Shown: positions 1 to 12,337 of the stretch, in pieces
Numbering within the stretch: position 1 is the first letter of the stretch
How the letters are laid out: each line of letters opens with the position of its first letter
Assembly: GCA_002633005.1 (NCBI GenBank)
Contig: NMRA01000118.1
Location: 496,707 to 560,706, forward strand
Origin: Phoronis australis
Lineage: Eukaryota > Animalia > Phoronida
Direction of reading: 5' to 3'
DNA: 64,000 nucleotides
The notes under the pieces: generated by a model
Databases searched by the model: none
The model's input: the letters and a program-made list of their open reading frames with translations, nothing else
What the model was told of the DNA's origin: nothing
Program-made: the position numbers and the translations under genes

Positions 1-1039
1 TTCGCTTTCTTGAAATGTGGTCCATAATATACTTTTCCTGCTACCAAATGATGCACTCATGTTTCAGAATGTTCCTATCTTTTTCAGGTTAATTGGGTCT
101 TTCAGATTTTGGAAGCTTAATTGATTTCCTTGGGAAATTTTGGGTAACATCTGTATCACTTTCAGCAACTTCAGCTTTAGTGTATTGAAACATTGCTACG
201 CCTTTTATTTCTATGTCCATTCAATTTTTGGTCTAGCACTTGGTCTTCTACAGCAGTATACTGTATAGGCTATAGCAGGACATACAGCTGTTTTCTGCAC
301 AAATGTTTGACACCTCTTCTTTTTTTTGATCTACTGATCTACAGAGTTCCAAAGTCCATCAGCTTCCATCAGGATGCTTCTCTAAGCTTCTTCGGGTTCT
401 GACATCACAATTTTGTGCTGTTTGATAAGCCTTGAATTATACAGGCATCACACTCCATGGGAGCAGCCATATTGAAGTAACTAAGCACAACAATACAATC
501 TGGCTCTCTGACTGGTCAATTCAATATAAAAGCGCCAAGAAGTGGCAGGAATGTGCATAATATTTCGTGCAACAAAAACACCTTTTTAAAAAAAAATGTT
601 CAAGAGTAGACGTGGAAACTTTTTGGAATTTGATTTATAGGTATACTATCTAGCCACATAGAAAAAACTATGTTGCCCCCCCCCCACAGTACTCACAAGG
701 ATGAACGCTATGAGATCTGGCCCACCGACTAAATAGCGTGAGAAGGTATCAGGTGAAATTTGTAAGATTTGTGTCCCTTGGTCTTTTTATTCGTCAACAT
801 GCGTGATTTCACGTAACTTCCTCAAAATGGCACCCGGTAAGAGAAACTCGAGCAAGCTGCGACAGATTTTCATCGATTTGTTCAAATTATCTTGACTGAA
901 TCGTTTTCAGACTTGAGTTGTTATAACTCCATGTGCATATATGCATGTTTTATTTGATTTTATTTCCCGTATTTTGAAATGAGTAACTTTTTGTGGGGAT
1001 GTAGGCTACTATCGCCCCTGTATGCCTGCGGCATCCATG

Positions 1040-1900
1040 GCGATGTAATTGCCTACGCCCATCCCAGCGCCAGCGTAAAGCTCGACAGAGTTAACCGGCC
1101 ATCCATCACCACCGACACGAGTTCGGCGGACTGGCAGTATTTCCTGACGCGATGGGATGAGTATGTAGAGGCCACTGGCATCACAGGGAAAGCCAAAACC
1201 ATCCAACTCCTGGAATGCTGTGACAAGAGACTAAGAAAAGACCTCACACTCAACTCTGTCGACCCCCTGCATCACTGGACATTAAGGCGATCCTGGCTTC
1301 CATGGAGAAATTGGATGTGCGCGCAGAGGCACCGATGGTAGGCCGAGCTCATTTTGATACACCGACCCAAGACCACGACGAGCCAGCCCGCGCTTTTTGC
1401 GCCCGCGTGCGAGGCCAATACTCCTTGCTCTGTCCATCATGCAACCACCCCGTTGACTACACTGACTCGGTGATAACGATGTGGTGAGCCAAGTCCTCGC
1501 AGACAAGGACATCCAGCTCGACCTGTTGGGGGACACCAACCAGTCACCATCCCTAGAAGAGGTCCTCTTATTTGTCGAGAAGAAGGAAACGGGCAAACGC
1601 GCTGCCACACGCCTCGCCGAGCCCACCCACGTCCACGTGGTTAAGAACTCATACCACAAAAACCGGGACGTACGCTCGAAACCCCACGACAACATTTTAC
1701 CGGATCCGCGTCCTGACATAAACGACACATGCACATACTGCGGCCAGACTGGCCACGGCGGAAAAGCACCGACCGAAGACACGCCGTACTTTTTGTCCAG
1801 CCTTCGGCCACACTTGCGAGAGGTGCAGCACCAAGAACCACTTTCCAGCTGTGTGTCGCGGCGGACTGTTGTAATCACACGTCACTTATCAGCGACCTAG
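1040..1900 (+). mobile_element. Frameshifted gag remnant of a Ty3/Gypsy-type LTR retrotransposon
   Basis: Overlapping plus frames give KLDRVNRPSITTDTSSADWQYFLTRWDEYVEAT..QLLECCDKRLRKDL, QDHDEPARAFCARVRG, LADKDIQLDLLGD..SLEEVLLFVEKKETGKR, then zinc knuckles CTYCGQTGH and, after a frameshift, CPAFGHTCERCSTKNHFPAVC (CX2CX4HX4C). GC-richer than flanks. No pol or LTR pair found. Confidence 0.85.
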
Positions 1901-2145
1901 TATTTACCCCCTGTCTCTGTTCCTTCTAGTTACGATCATTTGTATTTTGTTGTGCTCAATAAACAGTGAAGAAATACTTGCTTGTTATTTTTTAAAGGCC
2001 ATCAGTTTCCGAGAAAAATTCCTTCTTAATTAAATGAACCTAACTTTATGTCACGACCCTCATTTAACGCAAAATGAGCGACTGTTTTTGAAATATGAGA
2101 GTGACTCAATTGCTTACATGTGTATCTGCTCATCCCAGAACTTAC

Positions 2146-2424
2146 CGAAAACAAATACAGAAAAATCTGTCACATCTGAAGGAGAACCGCGAGAACATCT
2201 AAAGTACTTTCCATTCTGCTCGTACGTCAGAGGATTGAACACTAATGTTTTTGTGTCGCCATGGGCACTAGCAAATGCGTTTGCTGGAGCATTATTTCCA
2301 CGAACAGTGTCTTGAGAAAACAGGACCAAGCCGTTTTGGAAATTGTAAAATTGAGATTGAATCCACTGGACGGTCGTGTTGCTTCTGCAGGACAATACCA
2401 ACTGTTGGCCAGCTATCTCCATAC
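2146..2424 (-). CDS. Isolated exon encoding one immunoglobulin-like domain; rest of gene not resolved
   Basis: Acceptor tgtgcag and donor G|gtaagt bound 279 nt, phase 1-1. Peptide EIAGQQLVLSCRSNTTVQW..KTLVFNPLTYEQNGKYFRC..FSVFVF has the Ig B-strand Cys, C-strand Trp and F-strand G-x-Y-x-x-C pattern. Confidence 0.7.
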
Positions 2425-3626
2425 CTGCACATGTAAAAACAATTCAGTCTATTGGTACAGAACTTGAAAACCTCTGGGGCCGTTTTTTATCCGTTTGGCG
2501 CTAAGTCCTGTCTTATAAATAGTAAGACCGTCATAACTTTGTTCATTAACATGGTTCAGGAAGGTCGATGAATAATTTTCAGTCTGGTCAACTTTAACGG
2601 TTGCGGTATTTCCATTCGCATCCGTCTGAGTGAGCAATAACAAGCTTTTGACCGTCTTAGCTATGACTGGGCTGGTGCGACCATTGATAAATCAACATGG
2701 AAACCTGATGGCAATTTGAGAAAATTCACACGGCGAATTCTAAACAAGGGTCTCGTATTTCGCAGTTACCACTTTAGCAAGTGAACTAAAAGCCATGTTG
2801 GCACAATAAATGTTACAGCAACTGGTAAACCAACTTCGATCTCGTGGTGCCAAAGTTACCTCCCGCCTGCACGGGTAGTTGCTTACATTCGCTTGCACCT
2901 GAGTTGTAAACATTCATGCCTTATGGGTGTCATCGTCTTAGCATGCCCAAGCTTTTCTTCCAAAGAATTTTCAAAGCTTGTTAATCCGTACTCTTCTCAT
3001 ATGAAATACTTCACTGTATGGCTTCTCTAAACTTAGCCAGCCATCTAGCTGTATGAAGACAATCGTCAAATTACAGCTAGGTACCACTTAGCGTTGACGC
3101 AAAGCTTTAAAATAAATACAGCGCCGATGTAGGTAAAAAACTGACCAGATAAAATCTGACACAAAATTAGTGTCTTTAGAAACTACCATCTTCCTTGAGT
3201 AATTTAATTTTTTTTACCGGTTTTGAAAAAATTGGCGTTCTACCGTTATGCTTTTACTAAACTTGTGCAATCTTTTGCGTCGGCTTTCGACGCCATGACA
3301 CATTGTGTCATCTATCGGCCAGTTACCGATTCGCCTATCAACTGCAGTTGGTTGCGTACGCGTCACAACAAATTATCGTAACTGGTTTCACTTCGTTATT
3401 AGTTTTAAGAATTTGATACCAGCAAACCAAATTTCTGAACAAATTTTGCTGCTGCGAAGCTGTCATCAATTCCAGAGAGATGTCGCAACAAATTAGGAAC
3501 TAGCGCGTGGGCGTGTCACGAGCATGCTGTTTTCAATACGGCGACATAATTTTCTTTGTTACAAGAGGCGCAGAATTACGCAAGAAGATGCACACAGATT
3601 TTATTTGGATTTGGGACAGGTGAAGT

Positions 3627-4678
3627 CACAGGCGCTCGAATTTCCCGATGACTCATAACCATATATAAGAAACATACAGGTTGGACACCAAAACTTTGAC
3701 GAGTTGAGGCTCCCACCTTCAACTGTCCCAAATCCAAATACAATCTGCGTGCATCTCCCTTAGACCGGTATTGTATAAACTTTCGAAGCCTATCTTCCGC
3801 TTGATCCCATTAAATTATACCTGTGCGTGGTGCATTAGCTGCGAAATTTTCAAATCAATCTCAAAACTCTGGATTCAAGGACCGAAAATAGTTAACATGG
3901 CGGATTCCAGTTGTGCTACGCCTATCGAAGATAAAATTTCGAGTTTGAGCAACCAACCTGTATATAAAAGTCAAGAAATTTATCCCCAATTTAAATGCTT
4001 GAGGTTACTAAAAATTCTTTCATTTCTGTGTTATGTGTTTCTCCTTGTAGCTCATTTTATCACTTAACGTAGAATTCAGTTGCAAGAACGGGCGTATCTT
4101 GTGTTATTATGTGCTCTTCTTTGTTGAAGCACAACGAAAGCTTGGATTTTGGCGGAGATTTCTGGTGTTTTACAGCACGTTTAGTCGCGGTAAATCACCT
4201 ATTGGCAATTGCCGGATTTTGCAGTAGGCCAACCCTTCAATTATAAACAACGTTATTTTTCATAACCCGAGTTTAACTACATTCAAACTGATGGTAACTT
4301 ATGTGGAGAGCACTCAAATAACATTCGTGGGCGTGCGAAAACAGAACTCCGGAATTGCGTCGGTAGCGTCCGCCACGAACCCGGATGCTCGAACGTCGTC
4401 TGCCATGAACGTTTTACGTTACAAAATAAGACCCTTGAATTCGTGATTTTTGCGTTTTCTAACATTCTTGTCGTCAAATCACCACTCGAAGGAAATTTAA
4501 AGTGATCAAATGAAAGAAGGTATTCAAAGATTTGTTCGGTGATAGTTTCGTGGAGTTCCATGCACATTTTGAGTAGAACATTGTGAGCAAACAGATTTTG
4601 AGTGTCCAACCTTTATGTTTTCTTAGTATTGAGTGACGTCAGTGGTGATCGGGGAACAGATTAACTCGAGCGCCTGTG
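3627..4678. mobile_element. Non-autonomous TIR DNA element, older copy of the 11201-12319 family
   Basis: Starts CACAGGCGCTCG and ends CGAGCGCCTGTG. Internal blocks (ggttggacac, aacatggcggatt, aaatcaccactcgaagg, tagtttcgtggagttccatgcacattt) are shared with 11201-12319. No matching TSD. Confidence 0.85.
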
Positions 4679-5192
4679 GAACACACAGTGGTACTTAGCT
4701 GCAGTTTGGCGATAGTCTTCATGCAGCTAGTTGGCTGGCTATCAATATCACTGCAACGAACTTTACAGTAATTGTCACAATTGAAACAACGTTACAAACT
4801 TATAGCAAATGAAACTCGACTTTCAATTCTATAAACCATCGAGCACAATTAGTGTGATACTTTCGGTCTGGAAAAGGAAAAGAAAATGCCATCGAAAACC
4901 ACATCAACATGTTTCCAGCAAAATTTTTTGAGCACAAGCAATTTGTTATCCGTTTCAACTCACGCTCATGGGGAAAATTCCTACACTTGAATATTAATGA
5001 CTGGTAATAAACAAACAGGAATAGAATGTTCTTTGTCAACTTCAACATTCTTGAACAGACAGGTTTTCCATGTCGACCTAAATGTTCTCTTTGTGTTTTA
5101 TGGACAATGATCATCGTTGAACTCGCGAGATCTGAGATGCACGTGTAACATGGCGGCTCATTGATTTAGTCAACGCATGAATTATACACCTG

Positions 5193-5482
5193 GGCCCAGT
5201 TGCATAAAAGTTATACGCCGTATAGCAACAATGACGTCGCACTATCACGCGTCACGGTGTTATTGTTGAACAATGCACCCGACGTCATGCAAGAATCAAA
5301 CTTATCCAGCGGATAACATTTGAAGCTTTATGCAACTCAGCCCTGGGACAGTCAGTGCATGAAAGTTATACGCCGTATAGCAACAATGATGTCGCATTAT
5401 CACGCGTCACGCTGTTATTGTTGAGCAATGCACCTGAAGTCATGTAACAACCAAACTTATCCACCGGATAATTTTGAAGTTT
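5193..5482. mobile_element. PIF/Harbinger-like MITE (5193-5342) plus a degenerate tandem copy (~5346-5482)
   Basis: TIR GGCCCAGTTGCATAAA / TTTATGCAACTCAGCC (14/16 match) flanked by 3-bp CTG on both sides. The internal aaagttatacgccgtatagcaacaatga block repeats ~153 bp downstream. Confidence 0.65.
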
Positions 5483-5506
5483 TATCCTTCGGTCTCGGTC
5501 GATACG

Positions 5507-6261
5507 CGGAATAATGTCTCGTGGCATATTACTTCAAGTACGCCACTCTCGGTACGTTTTGTGTATTTATCCCGTACGCGTTGAATCTGTCGAGTGCAAT
5601 ACGAACATGTAATAATGTTTTCCGTATTCACCTCCCGCACTACTTCAACAGTGACCTCTGACATGGGAAGTTCAAAAGGTAGGTCAATGTCGACTTGACG
5701 TCGATAGCCGGTTCGTGGCATCAAACTTTCCAAATATAGTTTAAAGTAACGCAGTTGCAGCAGTTTAAATAACACTTGACATGCAATCAGGCCCTAAACA
5801 TAGCATCTGGTACAAAACAGTTATGACACTTCTGTCTCAGTTTTCAATTGTTAAATATTATATCGTCTGCAACTCAGAAGCCGATTCCTCGGTAACTGCA
5901 ATATCAAATATTGTTGTTATTTAACTTTTTTCAGGAGATGTTACAAGTTCAATGCACAGTTACAGATCTTTTCATCATTGTTATCTCTTTTCAAGTAATA
6001 AATTGTTACATTTAAAACTTGTTTCTTTTACTAGAGAAAACTTGCAACCTAACGCGCAAGTACATACATATAGTATGTGATCCGCTACGTGAACAGTCTG
6101 AGTGAAGTATTTAAAAAAATTGTCAAAAAATGAAAGAATCTTAAGAATTCTAAGCGTATGGGATAAATACATAAAACGTACCGAGAGTGGCGTAGATGAA
6201 GTAATATCCCACGAGACATTATTCATCTACGCCACTCTTGGTACGTTTTGTGTATTTATGC
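5507..6261. mobile_element. Non-autonomous element with ~80-bp inverted arms
   Basis: 5507-5587 is the reverse complement of ~6146-6224 (gaataatgtctcgtgg..tacgccactctcggtacgtttt..tatttatccc). A third partial arm at ~6223-6261 folds back on the right arm. Confidence 0.7.
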
Positions 6262-7892
6262 AACGTGACAATAGTCATTCCCTTTCACTGTGCCCAGTCT
6301 AAATTTAAGGTGAGATAACGAAGGCTGTGCCAAAATTGATTTTTTGACAGATTTAGATGGGAGCCAAGGGGGCCATGCCCCCCCCTAAAATTCTACCAGA
6401 TTCCATTTGGCTGTGGGGGAGTACGAATGTCTGACTGACAAAATCCTGGCTAATACTCTGCCCTGCCCCCCCAACTCAAAATCCTGGATCCGCCCTTGTA
6501 AATGGCACTGTTATCAGCAGAAGATTCGATGGAAAAATCTTAGCTGACTCAAAAATGTCATTTTACATGAGCTCACCTTACTACAATGTGTTTACAAATT
6601 CGTCATCAGTGCGCCAAATGGGAGGACAAGCAATGGCGGAGGCCGAGTCCTCGCCAGTTGTTAGTAAGAAAATGCGGCGTGGAAAATCGCTAGAGACAGG
6701 GAAATGATCAGACGGGAGAACATATTGCTTTGGATCGGAGATTGTGCGGTGCTGAAAGTCGAAGTTTAAAAATTTCCATACGTTTTTAGCACAAAACTCT
6801 ACAGCGTTGCTTTTAGTAACAGCGTTCATCGAAATATATCATTATTAATTCTTCACATTTTACAAAGTAGCCTATTGAACAGTTTAGCAGAAGTCACCAT
6901 GTTGTCGGTGCCGGAATTGTGAGTCCTTTATCACTCAATAACTAACATCAGCGCGACCAAACTTTTGTAAAAAATGTTGAATCGTAAAAAATTGCAGGTA
7001 AACTTATGCCTCTTTAAATATTTGCGAAACTGAGTTTTAAACTCGTAACTTAAATGCATGCCGCTGTCGCCCAAGGTGGTTGATCCGATCTGAAACCAAT
7101 GACTCAAATTTCGCAACAAGAGCTGCAATAACCCTATTTTGATAATTGTGTTGGGTGTATATTTTTTTTACGATGACAATGTAGAGTTTCTTCAAAACGA
7201 CTGGTTCGATTGCCCTATTCCAAGAAAATGTGTCGGTCTTTCCCCTTGACGGTAAATAAATTTTTGAAGACGGTAGAACCACGGAGCATCTCTATCACCT
7301 TGCTCGAGCAGCCAACGTTTGCACAAAATATCACAATTATTCTGTTGATAATTCAGCTTTATAATGTGTCTACTTCACGACACCTCAACCTGAAATGTTT
7401 GTCCTTGGGCATGGCGAATGACCTAATTAGGAACGGTCCGTGAATGCAACCTACCACATTTGCGCATGTCTTGACCCATGGCAGCGCCTCTTTCAGAAAT
7501 TAATATAAGTTTTAGCTACACGTGTTATTATAAGGGCGTTTTGTTAGCCGAGAATATTTCTTGAGGCCGGGATGAAACACTCATTTCTTCGCTGATTTTG
7601 TATTTCTTATCATTTGGCCAATACGCGTAAAATACAGCAACACTGCAAAGCGACCACTTTTTCAATGCTTTAATCGTGATAACAAATTGCACATGTTATC
7701 TGAAAGAAAATATGAAACATGTTCTTTTAATAGACTTAATGCTTTGTTACAACTATTAGCAACCAATTTTAATTAACTTCAAAATGTTAACAGTTCATGA
7801 ACGAGGTTCGTAGCCTATATTTTCACTGATCGAAGTGGCACCTACTGAAATAAACACACAACGAATAACTCGAAGCACAATCAAAATAGATA

Positions 7893-9890
7893 ACTAGAAG
7901 TTTCACCTTTGAGAAGGAAAGCAATTGACACGGGTTCTACATGACGAGACAGTGTGTCCCCGCACTGGGCAACGCAAGCTATGGAGGATTTCAAGATTTA
8001 ATTTCTCTCACTGAAAGTAATCAGATGCCCCGTGCTTGTGCCAATTACAATATCAAAAATTCTACCATTGCCAAATAAATACATTTTGTGCAAATTTAAG
8101 GTTTCCAGATTTTGCAGTTTTATACTTTAACAAAACGCATATCGTAAATTCAAGAATGCCCAAAACAATAGCAACGCTGAGTCGTTGTTCTGCGCACACT
8201 CTAAGTCGCACACGATATGCTTCTAAGGGCCATTAGCAGGTGTTGCCACACGAAAATAAAATGGTGCGTCGTTTACTCCTGTGTCAAATTGTATCGAAAT
8301 CAGTCAGTCGGTATTCTTCATATCACCCGGAAACACTTGAAAAACCTCATGTCGAAAACGAAATCTTAAGGTAGTCAAATCTACCCGGAAACTTAATGGT
8401 GCCGCCATATTGCCTAAATATACCTATGGGTCAAGTTGCATTGAAACTCTTCCCTCAGTTCTCTACGTATCGTCCTTTCACAAAACGACCAATAGGAGGG
8501 TATTCAGGTGTTTAATAAGGGCAAAAATCAATTGGTGCCGGCGCAATCTCATAATGTCAAGTTTCAGTGAAATCTGTCAAGCGGTTCTTTTTATACGGAA
8601 TGCTCTTCCCCCAAGCAAAAGTTCAAAAGCCCATGTCGAAAACAAAACGGTCACTACGAAGTGCAACAGAGGTCGAATCCGTCCGAAAATTTCCTGGTAC
8701 TGCTTATATAATACGATGTCATAAAAACTCTATGTCAATTTTCATTGAAATATTTCACTCGGTTCTCTACATATCATGCGCAAATACATGTACTCACACA
8801 AAATGGCCACTAGGATGCACAGCAGTTATCGAATCCGAACGTAAATCAAATAGCGCCGGCGCAATCTCCTACAAAATTTCTCTGTCAATTTTCAATGAAA
8901 TCTGTCAGTTGGTTCTTTAAGTACCGGTATCATTCCGAAACATTCTTCCCCCAATCAATACTTCAAAAGCCCATGTCCAAAACAAAGTGGCTACTAGGTG
9001 CTACAATAGTTGAATCCGTCCAAAAACTTATTGTAGCCGGCGGATTCATGAACATTAAAAACCACTGTGTCAACTTTCATTGAAATCTTTCTATCAGTTC
9101 ACATATCATCCGGAAATGCTCTCACTCAAAATGGCCACCGACTAGAAAGCACTATAGTAATGAAATCCGGCCAAAATCAAACGATACCGGCACACTCTCA
9201 CCAAGTTTCAATGAAATCTACTTAATGATTGTCTAGATATCCAGAAACGCGGCTCTTCCGCCAAACAACAATTGAAAAGCATTTGTCGACAAGACAAGAA
9301 AATGGCCATTAGTAGGTGCTACGGTAGTCGAGTCTGTCTGAAATTTAATGATACCTGTGCATCGATAACACACAACTTCGTGTCAAGTTTCATTGAAATC
9401 CATCAATCCGTTATCTAGATATCATCCGAAAACGCTAGCATACAAAATAGGTACTAGGAAGCGCTGCAGTAATCGAATCCGGCCAAAATCAAATATGGTA
9501 CCGCAGCAATCTCGTGTCAAGTTTCCATGTAATCTGCCCATTGGTGCTCTAGATGTCATCTTCGCTCCAAAACAACAGTTCAAAGCACCTTGTCTAGAAC
9601 AAATTGGACACTAGGAAATACGTGTTACAGAGAACAAATATCGCCCGAAAACTTGATTGTGCAGGCACATTGATATATCACACACCTTTGTGTCAAGATT
9701 AATTGAATCCGTTCTCTTGATATCACTCGGTAACACTATTGCCTTAAAGTACAAAAGTCATGCACCTACCCCCCCCCCCGGGGCAGATTGAAAAGTGGCA
9801 TGAACCGTTCTAGAGTTGCCGTACACCCTTGTGCCAAGTTTCAGCAAAATCTGACCAGGGTTTTTTGAGATATCGAGTGTACACTCATAC
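7893..9890. repeat. Degenerate tandem array (~150-190-bp units), probably the interior of a non-autonomous Helentron/HINE-like element
   Basis: Recurring unit tgtcaa(g/t)tttcattgaaatc..tatcatccg(g)aaac..aaatggccactagg..gaatccg..aaaatcaaa..gccggcgcaatctc seen about 8-10 times. Starts at aactagaag and ends near gtgccaagtttcagcaaaatctgacc. Superfamily is inferred from architecture. Confidence 0.6.
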
Positions 9891-9914
9891 GGGCACCCTG
9901 TCAAAATGATGACT

Positions 9915-11200
9915 TCAGGATTCCCGAAAAGTGGGCCCACTTTTTGAAAAGTAATGTCTCAGCAATAGACCACCTGATTTCGTTCAAAATTGTCAAAATG
10001 TATCTTCAGAGTCACCAGCAAGTCTGCAAATAATCTCAGAGACATGCAAAATGTATGTAATAACTGTGAAATTCAATACTGCAAGGTGAAAAACGCAATA
10101 TCACTGTGACTTCCAAAGTGTTCATGCTGTTCTGACATCTGTCAATAAAAATGCTTGCCTGGGTCTCAAGTGTATTGTTTTTTTTTATTGTCACATCTGT
10201 ATCCAAATCAGTTTTGTCCAATATTCCAGTTTGTAAGGATGCCTTTGAGTGAAAGTGATACATTTACTACTGAATGAGAACGGGTGGGGCAGAATAAGAA
10301 AGGTATTCTGAGGAAAAGAATGGAGTCGTACCACTGTAAATCGATTTATTGCTAAAATACGCTACGCAGGGTGTTAATGGGAGACCCAAGACTGCGTGTT
10401 CGAAAGAAAACGATGATCGTGTTGAGGAACTGATGCCGCAATCGATGTACAAGTGAGTAAGTCTTCTGTGCAAAACATGGCGAAAAAACTGGAGCTAAAG
10501 CCCTCCAAAGGAATGTTAGAAGGAAAAGAAAAACTGAATGCTACTAATTGCATGACCACTATTCAGCCACTGAATTGAAAAGAATCATTGTCACTGATGA
10601 AAAAGACTTTACGCTAGAAATTGCAAAAAGCGCTTAAACGATCGTGTTTATGGGAAATGCAGCCTTCTCGAGTCCATCATGAGACTTCCACATTTTCCAA
10701 AAGGTAATTGTTTCTGCTGGAGTATCGTAGGAAGGAAATTAAAACAAATATTTATTTTATTGACGATGATAGAGCACAAGTTAAAAGTCAACGCTACATG
10801 CAGTTATTCGACGAAAATCGTCTCTCGGATTGCAGGCGACTTTATCCTGGAAACAACTACATGTACGTGTTTCAGCAAGATGGGGCTCCTTCAAGCACGA
10901 GCAAGATAACCCAGGATCATCAGGAGGAGGCCACACCAAAGTTCATCAAACAGGATGAGTGGCCGCCGCATAGTCTTGACAGCCATCCACGGGGCTATGC
11001 CAAAGGGGGCTCTTTGAAAGAAAAAGTTTTATTACCGGAGAATGAAAAACATGACTGAGCATGAGTTAACATACAGGATTATCTCACGGGAGGAAATCTC
11101 GATGGAAGAAATACGGAAAAGCAGTTCTGGTAAAGAAAGAAACGACTCCCGACCGTTAAGTCGTGGTTCATCCATTGCTGAGCAATTACTTGCAAAAAGT
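9915..11200 (+). mobile_element. Fossil Tc1/mariner-superfamily transposon, DD37D (maT-like) transposase pseudogene
   Basis: Broken frames give IIVTDEKDFTL, NDRVYG, VIVSAGVS and YVFQQDGAPSSTSKITQ..WPPHSLDSHPRGY. There are 37 residues between the QQD Asp and the position of the third Asp (now Gly). Left TIR ~9928-9975 is inverse to 11164-11200 joined to 12328-12337. Confidence 0.88.
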
Positions 11201-12319
11201 CACAGGCGCTTGGGTTTATCGCAAATGACGTCACTCAATAATATATATAAGAAAACATAAGGGTTGGACACTTAAACCTTGCCAAGCCGAGGCTCCCAAC
11301 TTAAACCGGCCAAAATCCAAATAAAATCTGCGTGCACCTCCCTCAGTCTAGTGTTGCATAAACCTTCGAAGCCTTATCTTTCCTAGATCCCATTAACTGA
11401 CTTCGTGAGTGGTGAATTGGCGATGGAATTTCCAAAACAATCTCAAAACTCTGAATTCAAGGACCTGAAATAGTAAACATGGCGGATTTCAGTTGTGCTT
11501 CAACTTCTACGCCTGACGTAGGTGAAACTTCGAGTTTGAGCAAGCAACTTATATTTCAAATTCAATAACTCTAATCCAAAACTCAACTAATTGAGAATGT
11601 TAAAGTTAGTATTTTAATGATTATTTGTAACTTTATTCCACTGACGGCTCATTTTAGCCCTTAACTTAGAATTTTATTGCATAAACTGGCGTATCTTGTT
11701 TCTCATCTTGACATCACGCACTTTTTTGATTGAAGCACAACACACACTCGGCCAGAAAACGCAGCCCGTGCAAGTATTACAATGCGCGTGGCCGACGAGT
11801 TAACTCAATGGTTTTGGCCAAAAATAAAACCTTCATAAGAAATCACAGTACACAAAAAACTTCGCATATCAATACTGTATCAGGATAATTTATATTTGAC
11901 ACAAATATGTGAGTAATTACATTTATTTGGCAATAAAGTGCTCTCTGCTTCTCATGATCAAGTAGTCGATGGATTGACGGCGAAAGCCGCGCGAAATTAG
12001 ACTTTCGGATTTAGCTCGGGAGCGTCGGTCAAAACCCGGATGTGCGAAGACCGTCTGCCATGACATCACGGAATCAGGTCCTTGAATTTGTGATTTTGGC
12101 ATTCTTTTGGCATTTTTGTCGCCAAATCACCACTCGAAGGCAATTTGAAGAGATCAAATGAAAGAAGGTATTCTAAGAGTTGTTCGATGCTAGTTTCGTG
12201 GAGTTCCATGCACATTTGAGTAGAAAATTTTTAGGAAACAGATTTCGAGTGTCCAACCTTTATGTTTTCTTATATACATTATTGAGTGACGTCATTTGCG
12301 ATAAACCCAAGCGCCTGTG
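11201..12319. mobile_element. Non-autonomous DNA transposon with ~70-bp TIRs and exact 8-bp TSD
   Basis: TIR CACAGGCGCTTGGGTTTATCGCAAATGACGTCACTCAATAAT.. is mirrored at the right end. CAAAAAGT occurs at both 11193-11200 and 12320-12327. No ORF. Confidence 0.92.
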
Positions 12320-12337
12320 CAAAAAGTGGCTCACTTT

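Noticed and set aside
1282-1878. 198-aa minus-strand ORF
   Set aside because: Antisense shadow of the GC-rich gag remnant.
11201-11230. CACAG terminus as a RAG RSS / ProtoRAG end
   Set aside because: The heptamer deviates (CACAGGC), no nonamer is evident, and the TSD is 8 bp rather than 5 bp.
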